Source: Callorhinchus milii
Lineage: Eukaryota
Assembly (NCBI RefSeq): GCF_018977255.1
Contig: NW_024704742.1
Coordinates: 75,270,001 to 75,334,000, forward strand
Reading direction: 5' to 3'
Length of the DNA: 64,000 bases
Part shown: piece after piece, positions 25,726 to 38,225 of the stretch
How the letters are laid out: each line of letters begins with the position of its first letter
Numbering within the stretch: position 1 is the stretch's first letter
Program-made: the position numbers and the translations under genes
The notes under the pieces: model-generated
What the model saw: only the letters and a program-made list of their open reading frames with translations
Database searches by the model: none
Told to the model about the DNA's origin: nothing

Positions 25726-26417
25726 CTAAGCCAATAGAAAAGTGCGGAGATTCTGGGGCATTTGACAAATTTAGCGGGGAAGTACAGAGAAATTTGATAA
25801 ATTTTGCAGAAAATTGTGGAGGGTTGATTGGTTCTATTGAGAGACGCATTTTGTGAAAAAACCCAGATTGAAATTATAGGCATGTAGTTCTTGAACATGT
25901 AGTTATGTTTAAAACACTAAATCTTTTAATTTGAATAGTACAGCAGTTACCAAGAATTCACCGCAGGAGCTCAGTTTAGGCCGCAGGCACTGGGCGCAGC
26001 CAATTTCCCACTCTCGCCACTTCTGCCATCCCAATACTCCCCGCACCGTGCATGTCTGACCAGAGCTGCTCCACCCACAGTAGCAGCATCGAGCAACAAC
26101 AACAACAACAACTTGCACTTATATAACGCCTTCCACTCAGGGTAGCATCTCAGAGCACTTAACAGTGGCGGAGCCTGACTGTGAGCTGGGGGGAGGAGGG
26201 AGGTGGCTGTAAGCACAGTCGAAGAGGAAAGTTTTCAAGCGGGATTTGAAAGAAGGGAGAGAAGGGCGGAGGAATTGAGGGAGAGTATTCCAGAGTGTTC
26301 CAGAGCAAATAGCACAAGAGACCCAGGGTCTAGTACAATGTGTATGTTTGTAGCAGAAAGGGGTGTTTTTAGCGGATTCTGTGGAAAAAGTGCACTTGCA
26401 CTTTTCTATTAGCCCAG
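25726..26417. mobile_element. Unclassified non-autonomous TIR DNA element with 8-bp TSD
   Basis: TIRs CTAAGCCAATAGAAAAGTGC / GCACTTTTCTATTAGCCCAG. Flanks ATTTTCAC (25718-25725) and GTTTTCAC (26418-26425). It splits an older L2 3' fragment and contains an L2 piece (~26090-26300). Confidence 0.75.
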
Positions 26418-28094
26418 GTTTTCACCCATTTTGCTCCAGCTCTCTGGAATTCTATCGCTCAGGCTCCCTTCTCAGTCATCTTAATCTTTCCCCTTCTCAA
26501 TCGCTCCGGCTTACCCTCCCCCCAGCTTGGATGCCCAGTGTTAAGCACTTCAATATTCCTCCCAACATGGAAAGCACCGCATAAATTTAAATGGTATTAT
26601 ATTGTATTTCAAGTTGATTGTTGTGCACTCCTCTGTTTCTTTGAGACTACAATACTTTATTGAGTCCTCAAATGGAATGGAGATCAATTAAAGTCAACTG
26701 GGATTAAACTAAACTAAACCTCGAATAATTTTTAAAAACCCTTTAGGTCCCAAACTATTCCTGCTGATGGTAATCCGTAATATTACAGTCCAAATTCTAT
26801 AAATTGGAATCGGAAGACTAAACTAGCCTTAGGCGCATCATCAAGAGTGTTTCCATGGTTGCAGATTACATCTTCTATAGCATAAGAGTAAAACAGGAAT
26901 CCTGTGGCTGATCCTCAGCTGCAGCTCAGACAGAGGTGTACATATGCAGTGAACCAATAACTTTGATTAGTGGAAGCAACATGTGTATCAGCTTCCATTT
27001 ACCTTCAATATTTCCAGATAACTGATTCAGAGCAATTTATCGATGGGGTTCTAAAGACACAATTTTTAACAGGAATTGAAAAGAGAAACTGATGCTGATA
27101 ATGGTGTACCACTCCGATCTACCGATTACCAGAATCCAACAGTTTAGTGTGACCCACACCACAGGTCAACGTTACTCACTGCCACTTACTGGAATCTCGC
27201 AAGAACAGTGTGACTCACCACAAAGAACTTGCACACTTTGCACTGCATTCCCTGAGTGATCAGATATTCTGAAAATTTGCTTTGCAATTGATTGTGTCTT
27301 TTTATGTCAAGTAATAAAGTAACAGGCAGCAGTAGACCTATGATTCACCGTCTTAGAAGATCTCTTTGACCTATCTGTCTCATCGACTAAAATTAATAAA
27401 CTACTATTAATGTTCTATAACTCTCTCCCTCTAATTGTTCCTGTACTCTCTTTGTGAATAAACCTACAAACACTTTCCAACAGTACCTCAGTCATCAATT
27501 AAATACAGGTAGATATGGTTTACCTTAATGTTTGGATATGTTACTGTTTCAGTGTATGCTACATAGCGTTGGAGTCAAATCAGTCTGCAGCTTTGCACAT
27601 ACTACTATATCGTGCCAGACACCCGGCTGACACCCAAAAAATACTACATCAAACATTTCCTCAAAAGTTTAAGCAAAATAGCATTCATTCATTATAAACC
27701 GCTGTTGATGTGAATTAACAATAATAATAAATTATAAGTTATAATTCATATCCATAAGTGAATCAAGCTCAATTAATCAATTAATCGCCCTAAGTCCTGA
27801 AAATCTGTCTGTAGGACCTCAACACTACTCCTTCCAAAATGGTTCCAAAATGGACCACAACTTCTGTCTGTTCCCCTTTCCCCCCACAGAATTTTCTGCA
27901 CCCAATCTGTGCTGAATACCAGTTAGTGTGACGATGCCTCCTGGAAGAGCAGTTGAAACCATATCCATAGCTTAAATATAACTATAACTATAATAATTAT
28001 AACTATTAATAATTGTAATAATAATTATAATTTAATATAAATTAATTATAAATTATAATGTGAATTATCAGTGGATTTTTGGATGCCAAGTTAA

Positions 28095-28905
28095 TCAAGA
28101 GTGGGAATTGGGTGTAGAGGGGGAAGGAGGAGCTAATAAACAAAAATAATTAAGTAAATAAATAAGGGCTCCAAAATAAATAATTAAATAATTAAATAAT
28201 GAGTGCTTCAGCTTCTGGGAATATGGCAGGACAGCAGAGACCTGTTGCATGCGCAACCTGTACCAAATGGGAATTCTAGGATGCTTTGTGTGCCCTGGGC
28301 AACCACGTGTGCAGGAAGTGCCTCTGGGAGCTCAAGCTCAGGGTTTCTGAGCTTGAGGAGAGACTGGTGTCACTATATAGTGCACATGGGAAGCTGAAAG
28401 TTTCATGGAACACTTTTCAGGAGGCGGTCACCCCACAGCTACAGAGAGTTCAGGAGGAGAGTGAGTGGGTGACCACCTGTCATTGTAGGACAGGCAGAGC
28501 AGAAATCCCTTGGGAGTATAGCATTCACAAACTGGTTTTCTGTGCTGAATACCGGTGAGGGTATGCCTTCTGGGAGGACAGACAAAACCATATCCATGGT
28601 GCTGTGGGGCAAATGGTTGGACAGGGGACACAGTGAAATGTAACAATGTAGTTGTCAAAGGAGAATCGATAATTAGGGAATAGACAGGTGTTTTTGCAAC
28701 TACAGATGTGACTCTCGCATGGTGTGTTGCTTCCCTCGTGCCAGGGTAGAGGATGTCAAGGAACAGGTGCAGAACATTCTGCGGGGAAAAGGGGAACAGA
28801 CAGAAGTTGTGGTCCATCTTGGAACCAATGACACAGGAAGGAAAAGAGTTGAGATATTTTAGACAGAGTTTCAGGAGTTAGAGAGGAGACTAAAGAGCTC
28901 AGAGA
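28095..28905 (+). mobile_element. CR1-type ORF1 fragment (zinc finger + SGNH esterase-like), decayed
   Basis: HVCRKCLWELKLRVSELEERL and SRMVCCFPRARVEDV...VVVHLGTND. Same family as 17400-18300. Confidence 0.8.
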
Positions 28906-28939
28906 TAGTATTCTACGGAGTACTCCCGGTGCTACATGC

Positions 28940-29480
28940 TAGGGAGAATAGGAACAAGAGGAGGGAGGGGGGAGACGGAGGAAGAGGGGATAGAGGATAG
29001 AGGATTGGAGGGAGTGGGAAGAGAAAGTGATTGAATGAGAGGAGAGCTTGTGCGTGTGAAAGAGATGAGAAAGGGGGAGTGAGAAAGAGAGTCTGTGTGA
29101 GAAGGGGGGAGAGTGAGATTGACAGAGAGGGGGAGAGCGATAGTGATTGAAAGAGGGAGAGACCAAAGAGAGAGAGAGAGATTGTGAGGGGTGGGGAGAG
29201 AGAGAATGTGTGTGAGAGAGAGTGATGGAGAGAGGTGGGAGAGAGAGGGTGAGTGAGAGGGGAAAGAGGGAGGGAGAAAAAGAGGGTGAGATTGTAAGGA
29301 AGAGGGGGAGAGAAAGAAATAGAAAGAGGGAGGGAGAGACACAGTGAGCAAATGAGCAGAGAGGGAATAATTAAGAGATGTGCTGGAGTGGATGAAGAGA
29401 GTGCGTGTGGGAGAGCAGGGGAATGAAAGCATGAAAGGGAGAGGAAGAAATAAGAAGAATGAAAGAGCAGAGAGAGAGAA
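28940..29480. repeat. Polypurine (GA-rich) low-complexity tract
   Basis: Almost pure G/A on the + strand; it generates the spurious Ser/Leu/Pro ORFs. Confidence 0.9.
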
Positions 29481-29784
29481 GTGAGGGCAGTGTTTTGTGG
29501 CTCACTGTCAGAACAGACAATCAGAGCTACCCTTGGCCATCGTGGGGGATGAGGACAGACACCAAGGGACAAGCCGTGCAGTTTCCTCACAGAAAACTCC
29601 CTCTTTTCCCAATGAGAAACTTCTCCACATCCTTCAATCCACCAACCCTACCTATGTGACTTTCTGACCCTGCCGTTCCCTTTGCCCAGCAAACACCAGC
29701 TTGCTTCGTGTCCCTCCACCTCATACGCCCCACCATCACCATTTTGCTTCCTCTCTCTGGAGTTTCATTCCTGGAGTCCCTCCA

Positions 29785-30835
29785 ACTCTATATAAATCAC
29801 CTGGACTTGGGTATAGGGAGTACAATTTCCCAGTTTGAGGATGATACTAAGCTAGGATTCAAGATCCTCATCCTCACCTACAAGGCCATTCATGGCCTTG
29901 CTCCCTCCTACCTCTCTGACCTACTATCCCCCTACCTACCTGCCCGTACCCTCCGTTCCTCTGGCTCCGGTCTGCTCCACATCCCCCGCCCCAACCGCCC
30001 TACCATCGGTGGCCGGGCCTTCAGCCTCTCAGCCCCGAGGCTCTGGAACTCCATCCCCAGTGCCTTCACCGCCTCCTCCCTTTCCTCCTTCAAGGCCGGT
30101 CTCAAGACCTTTCTCTTTGACCGTGCCTTCAGCTCCCCTCTCGACTCTCTACCCACTCCTCGCTCCCTCCCTTCCCTCCCCTCACCCTGACCATTTCCCC
30201 CACTGCTCGGGTCCTGACCCAACTGTACAGCGCCTTGGGACGTCCTCCGACGTGAAAGGCGCTCAATAAATGGAATCTTGTTGTTGTTGTAGGAAAAGTA
30301 GTAACCAGTGAGGAGGATAGTATCAGACTGCAAGAGGACATAGATAGGCTGGTAAAATGGGCAGACACATGGCAGATGATGTTTAATGTGGGGAAATGTG
30401 AAGTGATACATTTTGGGAGGAAGAATGAGGAGATGCAATATAAGCTGATGGTACAATCATAAAGGGGGTGAAGGAACAGAGAGACCTGTGGGTTCATATA
30501 GGTACATCTTTGAAGGTGGCAGGACAGGCAGATAAAGCTTTTAAAAAAGCATACGGGATACTAAGCTTTATAAATAACTTGTATTGACAAGCTGGAGTAC
30601 TGAGTTCAGTTCTGGGCACCACACTTTTAGGAAGGATGTCAAGGCGTTGGAGAGGGCGCAAAGGAGATTTACCAGGATGGTGCCAGGAGTGAGGGACTTC
30701 AGTTATCAGGAGAGACTCAAGAAGCTGGGGTTATTGTCCTTGGAGCAGAGAAGGTTAAGAGGAGACTTAATAGAAGTTTTCAAAATGTTAAGGGGATTCG
30801 ATAGGGTGAACAAGGAGAAACTATTTCCACTGGCG
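29785..30835 (+). mobile_element. CR1-type LINE RT-3' fragment with a nested young L2 3' end (29858-30289)
   Basis: The CR1 reading DDTKLG|KVVTSEEDSIRLQEDIDRL is split by L2. TAGGA is duplicated at 29853-29857 and 30290-30294. Confidence 0.88.
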
Positions 30836-33800
30836 GGTGGGTTGGGGGAAGGCAGAGAGGTTCATGGCCCGGATGTGGGGTAGAAAGGACAGTTGAGGCT
30901 CAACCAAGACGAGGTTCCTGACTGGCTCAGTGAGGTGGAGTGCGCATCCTTGGATGGTAATACTGCCAGTGCCTGAGGTGTAGAGGCGCTGACAGGAGCC
31001 AATCAGGAGAGCCTCGGTCTCGTTGACGGTTAGCTGTAGAAACTTAGCTCTCAACCAGGACTTGATGTCTGATGGACATTCTGTCAGCACAGCAGCGGGT
31101 CTGGAGTCGAGGGTGGAGGCAGCGAGATAGAGTGGGTGTCATCCGCATACATGATGGTTAGGTTCCACAATTTGATGCATATTCTTGATTCATCCGCGTT
31201 CATATGCTGTAATCAACTGTTGTAATTACCGTAATGAGAATGGCTGGTGGGGAGGGGCTGGTGCAGCTAGCGGTATCAGGAGCTAGAAAGCTTTGCTGCT
31301 GAAATGCGCTTACAATAATGCATAAAAGGATTCAATTGCAGACAAGATGAAAGAAAGCTCTCTTCTGGAAGGATATATTGGTGTTGTTTTTCCAACAACA
31401 ATGAATGATAACTTGTCTAAGATCATATCTATTTCCAGCGAGCAGAAGGGAGAATTTCAACTGAAGGTCCTGATATGACATATCTATGTTGGATATAAAA
31501 TAAATCCTTGTCACATAAAATGTGCTGTGAGAGGGGACCAATCTGCACAAGAAATTCTAAATATGTCTTCTGACACCCATTTAAGAGGGTGAAAAAGACA
31601 AGAAAGGACATTCAAGGAGGATATGATAAGTTGATTCGGCAAATGATAAATTCAACCAAATCTTCATTTTTTCTTTTAATATTTACTTAATAAATGATTA
31701 CTTAGAGTCATAAGAAAGCAACCCATTGCAAGCATTCCATCTCCCTTGTGAGTTTCCTCTGATAATAATAATATTATAATCCTTGCATTTGATATAGCGC
31801 TTTTCACGTCTTCTCGATATCTCAAAGAGCTTCACAGAATAGACTGTAAAGTGAATTGACCGTATAATTTGTGGGCGAAACATGGCAGCCAATTGCACAC
31901 AGCAGTATCCCACAAACAGTCTTGGATTGAAAAAGACCAATTTATTATTGTTTGCTTTGGAGGGATTATTATTAGGCGTGTGGAATAAAGAAACTTGCCC
32001 ATGGTTTCGCCCTGTTACTGTGCATGTCTGTGTCCTTGAAGTACTGTGTTCAAGAATTGTTGAAAATAAAGTCAGCCAAATTAATGTTTGACAAAATATG
32101 AATACAATTCTGCTTGAAGGAATGAAATGAAAAGGGGAGGACATAAGAACATAAGGGAAGAAGGGAAAAATAAATTTCTTGTCTTAGTTGTTATAAAGAT
32201 CGCATACAATAATCGCAAGATAGAGAAATATATTACAAAGAGTCACTATCTATTCTTTCCACTCAACTGGCTCCGGCCTCCTGCTTGTCCCTCGTGCCCT
32301 CCGTTCCACCTCCGTGCCTATCGTCACCTCCCTCTCCCTCCGGCTCTGTGTCGTGCACCATACGATTTTACTATTATCCTAATACTTCTTAAAAATGTCA
32401 GAATATCTCTTGGGTATTTCAGATTAAAATAAATGAGCAAAGCACATGACAATTATTGACTTAATTGTATGGAGTAACTATTTATTCAGTGGAGTGTGTG
32501 GGATTGAGATTGTGACTAAAACAAAGAGGCCCAAATATAGTTTTAAGCTCCTCTTATAGCTGGGAGAAATTGAGAAAATACTATGTCCAGTAATCAATGA
32601 TGATTGCCTTAAAATAAGTATAATTTATGATGCTTGACTTTTGAATATAAGCATATATGAGGTTAATAAGGATATGAGATTTCATAATTTGATTATCCAA
32701 TTATAAAGAAGCAGTTACTAAGTTCAACTGAAGTACATTTCAATTTGTAATTAAGTTCATCAAACTTCAGCAGAAGAGCAGCCTCATGATATCATTCATG
32801 GAGCTTGTGGGGTTAGACAATGAGGTTAGAAATAGAAAAACAACCTAAACACTAAGCAAGCACACTAAACCATTGTACAGTTCTGAAAAAGCGTGCATGG
32901 TGCGGTTGTAACATCCGAAGACTGAACACCAAATCAATCAGAGCAAAACTATTGCAATTGTGAGAGTTCAGCCTGCCAAGAGTTTAATTCAGAAAGGGAG
33001 CTTTAAACTTAAAAGTTACATTTATTGAGGGGAGTGGACCACTAACTGTTAATTGTGGTCTTTTAGTATATGAAAAGCATAATAAAAATTATAGTTACAT
33101 TTGATACAGTGCCTTATCACGGGAAGCAAGAGGACTGATAGAGCAAGAGGGACAGAATCCACCATCTTTAAAACTGAATTGTGATTCCTTGTGGCATGAA
33201 AGGAGTATTCGAAAAACTGAAAGACCAATAAAGAAAGAAAGGGGACTCTGGAGGGGGCGTAGGGAATGAGTGGGTGAATGATAATTATATAGATTTGAAA
33301 GGATCTCAGAGAAACCTAGCATGGTTGCTGGTGCAGAAATGCCTCCCATATAGATGTTACATGTACAAGGGAAGGTTGGTGCAGTTAGCAACTTGCCTGA
33401 GAGAAGGACATGGGAAAGAAAAANTTGGGTAACATGCATTTTGGGACTGTCGTTTCACTCAAATTGGGTGGAAGCGAATATCTGAAATATATTCACATAT
33501 AATATAAATAAGCAATATCTGAAGGTTTTGTAAGATCAGATTTGATGGTGAAAGAAGATATAATTTGGTGTCAAAACAAGGGCTGAAAAGGAAGGCTGCA
33601 AGACAAGCTTGAGTTGTGATCTGTGTGACAAGAAATAGCTTGCGAACCAGGAAAATATGCTTACAAAGTACTAAAACAGGGGCAAAGTGCATACAGGTTG
33701 TGTTTGGAGAGATTCTAAAGAAAAGGGGGAACTATTAATGTGGAAAGTGACAGCAACCAAGCAGATTTTTCAGTAACTGCTTGTTTTTATGAATAGCAGA

Positions 33801-34159
33801 GACATAATAAAAATACTGGAACACTCATATCCAGTGTTATTGTGTTGTCTGTGTGCCTTTTTTTCTATGCTTACAAATATTGCTCTTTTTTTAACTGAAT
33901 CGAACAAAGATGTAGTGCCAAGAACATGGAAACTTTATTTTTTCCTGTGGAAAGGGAATGTTAGAGGAAAAGTGTTTTTGCTTAGTCTGTAATTCGAATA
34001 AAGCGATGCAATGCTTTTTTTTTGTAACTGAATACTTCGAAGGATAAAGAGAACGGTGGAAAAGTACTAGAATTTTCATTCATATCTACATAAAGATCAG
34101 ATAGGTTCTGATCCCCCCCACTCCCCCTGGTATAACAGTCAACTCTTCTCCCTCAAAAT

Positions 34160-34858
34160 GCAAATCCGGTCCTCGAGTGCAGATGGCACAAATCCAGCCT
34201 CACAATTCACCACCAGCTGTGGCTCTCCACACCTGTGGCCTCTCCCGCTCGCCGGCCAAATCTGCCTTTTATTCCCAAACCATTCCACAGGCCAAAAACA
34301 ACTCAAGGCACTGTCCTCCACCATCCTCTTCTGTACACCATCCCCTCCCTCCACCCCAAGCTTTCTCCGTCCTCATGTCAAATGCCAAGTGCGTTTCTTG
34401 TCAAAAATTGAAAACATCTGCTTAGCTGCATCCTCCACCCCCACATTCCCTTCCACACCCACCAGACATCTACACTACCTCTCCGCTGCATTTGACACAG
34501 TCAACCATGCCATCCTCATTCACCGCCTTTCCTCCCATATCCACCTTAGTGGGACCACACTAGCCTGGTTCGGGTCCTATCTTTGTCTGTTCAAACGGTT
34601 TCCTCTCCCGCCCCCGCATGTTCACCTGTGGTCCCCTCCCCTTCCTCATCTACATGCTCTCTCTTGGCAATGTCATCCGCAGACACTTGATAAACTTCCA
34701 CACTGCCCCCCATCCTTGCCCATTTTCAGAACACGCCTGAAGATCTTCCTTTTCAACTACCTCCCCCCACTTGCCGGCTCAGCTTTGTTCTCTGCCACTG
34801 TCAAGTGCTTTGGGACTCTACCCTGTGAGAGAAGCGCTATATAAATGCAAGTTGTTGT
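34160..34858 (+). mobile_element. Mosaic of decayed L2 fragments
   Basis: [19 protein letters not shown] remnant and an L2 tail ending gttgttg. Confidence 0.75.
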
Positions 34859-36723
34859 TCTGTATTTTTAGGGAATTTGTTTCTGCATATTCAGTAGTCC
34901 GCATGTAGTTATTGTATTATCTAAATACTTGTAAATCCTATCCTTTACTCATTAAACAGCAACCTACTTAAATCAAAACCTGCCTCTGAATCGCATCCTC
35001 CTCTGTGTACCAGAACCTTTTGATGTCCTTATTTTTGCCTGCTTTATACTTCCAAAGAACATAACAGCATTACTCAGAAAAAGGTTAACGGAGTTGAAAA
35101 ATCTGCAGTGAAGTTTACCTTTTTACTTTTATTAAAAAAATTGAAGAAAATACAAGTATTTAGACTCTCTCCTTTTTATCTTCCCTCCAGAACTGCTTTC
35201 CTGTTTACATCCTATTACAAAGCACCAAAAATCTTTAATTGGTAATTGGCTGCTGGGTAGCTTTCACAATACAATGTTTTCCCATTAACTTCTTTCTGGT
35301 TTGAATGAGGAATGACTTTGTGCTGAATCTCATCAGTAGTCCTTTACAGCATTACAAATTGAATGAGAAGTATTAGAATTCGACTCTTATCAACCAAAGG
35401 GGCCAAAGGCCCCAAACACGAAGAAATATTGCTGAATTTCATTTGGAAAATTTGCTTGGTGTGTTGTTTAAACTTTACTTTAGCTGATGTTGTTCCAAAT
35501 AGCATTTTCAGGAATTCATTCCTTCCAAATGGTGCATTCAACATAGAAATTTAAATCAGCTTCTGTCTGAAATCTTCTATTTATTAACTACCTGACAAAT
35601 CTGAAGTGGCCTGGCAGATTTCTCTATAAGAATCGAGTTCACCCAATCTCTGGGTTCCTCCACTCTCTGTCTCTGCTTCTTCCATTTAATAATAATAATA
35701 ATCCTTGCATTTGATATAGCGCTTTTCACATCGGGAGGACGTCCCAAAGCGCTTCAGAGAACACACTGTAAAGTAAATTGACTGTATATTTGTGGGCGAA
35801 CGCGGCAGCCAATTGCGCACAGCAATGTCCCACAAACAGTCGTAGATTGAAAATGAACAACTTATTATTGTTTTGTTTTGGAGGGATTATCATTAGGCAC
35901 TGTGTGGAGTAAGGAAACTTGCCCAAGGTTTCGCCCTCTGCCTGGAATTGAACTCAGGTCTCTCACTTGCAAAGCGAGTGCTCTAAACACTGAGCTACAG
36001 GACTCCACAAGCCAAGTATTTCACTTTCTCTACAACTCTCCATCTCTCAGTGGAAAACTGTGAAAGAGAGATTTGGAAAGAAAGAGAGAGCTGTGGAGAG
36101 TGAACAAGAACGTTGGAGAGAGACAGAGTTGTGGAAAGAATTACACCAGTTCTAGCCAGGCTCCACTGACTCCCTAACACCGAACGGATTGATTTCAAGA
36201 TCCTCACACTCGTTTTCAAATCCCTTCATGCCCTGATATCTGTACCTGTTTACACCCCAACCCACTACCCGCTGTATACCACCAACTGGCTCTGGCCCCC
36301 TGCGTGTCTCCCATGCCCTCTGTTCCACCATCGGTGGCTGCGCTTTCAGCCGCTATGCCCTGAATCTCTGAAACATTCTTCTTCGATCCCTCCACCTTGC
36401 CCTTTCCTTCCTTCCCCATCTTCAGGTTGCGCCTGAAGACCTTCCTATTTGACCAGCTTGGTCGAATATGAAGAGTGTTCCAGGTTACAGTCACCTCCCA
36501 GCTTGGCATTATGCTTCTGGACTTCACAGGATTTATGGTGAACGTGTATTTATTTGTAGGCAAACTCTCTCTACATTTTAATCAGTAGCTTGATGCTGTG
36601 ATGGTGGACGGTAGGGTGGGTGTTCTGAATCGATGTGAGCAGGTGGATCTTCATCCCAAAAATCTTGTGATCTTGTGAAAAACCTTTTCCAGTTGAACAC
36701 GTTTTACCGTTACATATTACTAA

Positions 36724-36828
36724 CCAGTGGATGGCGCCGTTGGACACCGCTATAATTACTGCCATCTGCTGGAGGCAAAGCAAACCACAGGGAAAAACAA
36801 GTCCTTTCTCTTTGCCACCAAATGGCAC
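36724..36828. promoter_or_regulatory. Cluster of three CTCF-like motifs
   Basis: CCAGTGGATGGCGC (+, 36724), CCAGCAGATGGCAG (-, 36759-36772) and CCACCAAATGGCAC (+, 36815), compared with the consensus CCASYAGRKGGCRS. Confidence 0.5.
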
Positions 36829-37635
36829 TACCACTATGATAATAATAATGATCCTTCCCTTTGATATAGCGCCTTATCACGCCTTCTAGATGTCTCAAAG
36901 CTCTTCACAGAATAAACGTACAGTGAATTTTGTGGGCGAAAAGTGGCAGCTAATTGCACACAACAGTGGTCTACAAAGTTGTGGATTGAGTGATCAAATT
37001 ATTTTTTTTGAAGGAATTATTACCCCTGGAAAAGCGATCTACGAATCGACTAACAACCAGGTTCCTACTTACTGCTAGGTAAACAGAGGCGCGTGGAGGA
37101 AGGAAACTTGCCCAACATTTCGTCCTGCCCGGGAATCGAACCCAGGTCTTCTCACTTGCGAGGCGAGTGCTCTAACCACTGAACGACAGGACTCGGTATA
37201 ATCTTTTTTTAAAAAAACAGCTACCAAAAAGGAAAGGAGCCATCCACCGCCACCCCTACCATATGGAATCACAAATTGACCGGGTGAAATTGGAAATGGC
37301 GTCAGGAAAAGCTGACCGAAATAAAAATAATCTGCATGTGAGCGCATGTGCCAGTGTTGTGTGTGCACCAGCGATGTGGAGGGACTGTGTTTGCAGCCAT
37401 GCACAAGCAATGTGGAGGGAGTGTATGTGACCGTGCACATGTGAACAATGTGGAGGGAGTGCGTGTATGAGCACGGTGTGGAGACACAGAGTGTGCATGC
37501 ATGCGTGAGAAATATAGAGGAAGAGTCTGTGTGTGCAACACACTATCCCTGTGGAAGTCCTGTGTATATGTGCGCAAGTTCTATAGTTTGTGAGTGGGAG
37601 CAATATGGAGGAGCGCCCACACATGTGTGCACACT

Positions 37636-38225
37636 GAACAACAACAAGATTACATTTATATTGCGCCTTTCATGTCAGGAGAACGTCCCAAGGCGCCTGA
37701 CAGTGTACAGCATTTCAGACCCGAGCTGGGGTCAGGGGGGGAGGAGGGAATGGGAAGGGGGTGGCTGATTCGCATGGTCGAAGAGGAGGGTCTTGAGGCA
37801 GGACTTCAAGGAGGTTAAGGAGGGGGCGAGGCAGAGTGATTGGGGGATGGAATTCCAGAGGTTGGGAGCAGAATGACTGAAGGCTCTCCCGCCAATGGTG
37901 GGGCGGGTGGGTCGTGGGACGTGGAGCAGGCCAGAGTCGGCTGAGCGGAGGGAACGGGCGGGTTGGTAGGGAGTTAGGAGGTCGCAGAGGTAGGGTGGGG
38001 CGAGACCATGGAGGGCTTTGTAGGTGAGGACCAGGATCTTGAACTGGATCCTCCGAAGGATAGGGAGCCAATGAAGTCGGGCGAGAATGGGGGAGATGGG
38101 GTCACGGAGTTTGGTGCGGGAGAGGACACGGGCTGCAGAGTTCTGGATTATCTGCAACCTGTGGAGGGAGGAGTTGGGAAGGCCGACAAGCAGGGAGTTT
38201 GCATAGTCGAGCCTGGAGGTGATGA
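37636..38225 (-). mobile_element. L2 LINE 3' fragment
   Basis: [12 protein letters not shown]...LHWLP...[17 protein letters not shown], with a (CAA)n tail. Confidence 0.9.

Noticed and set aside
28913..29590. 225-aa and 166-aa ORFs on the - strand
   Set aside because: Translation of a GA/TC low-complexity tract.
33424..33424. Ambiguous base n (another at 61045)
   Set aside because: Assembly ambiguity, not a biological feature.
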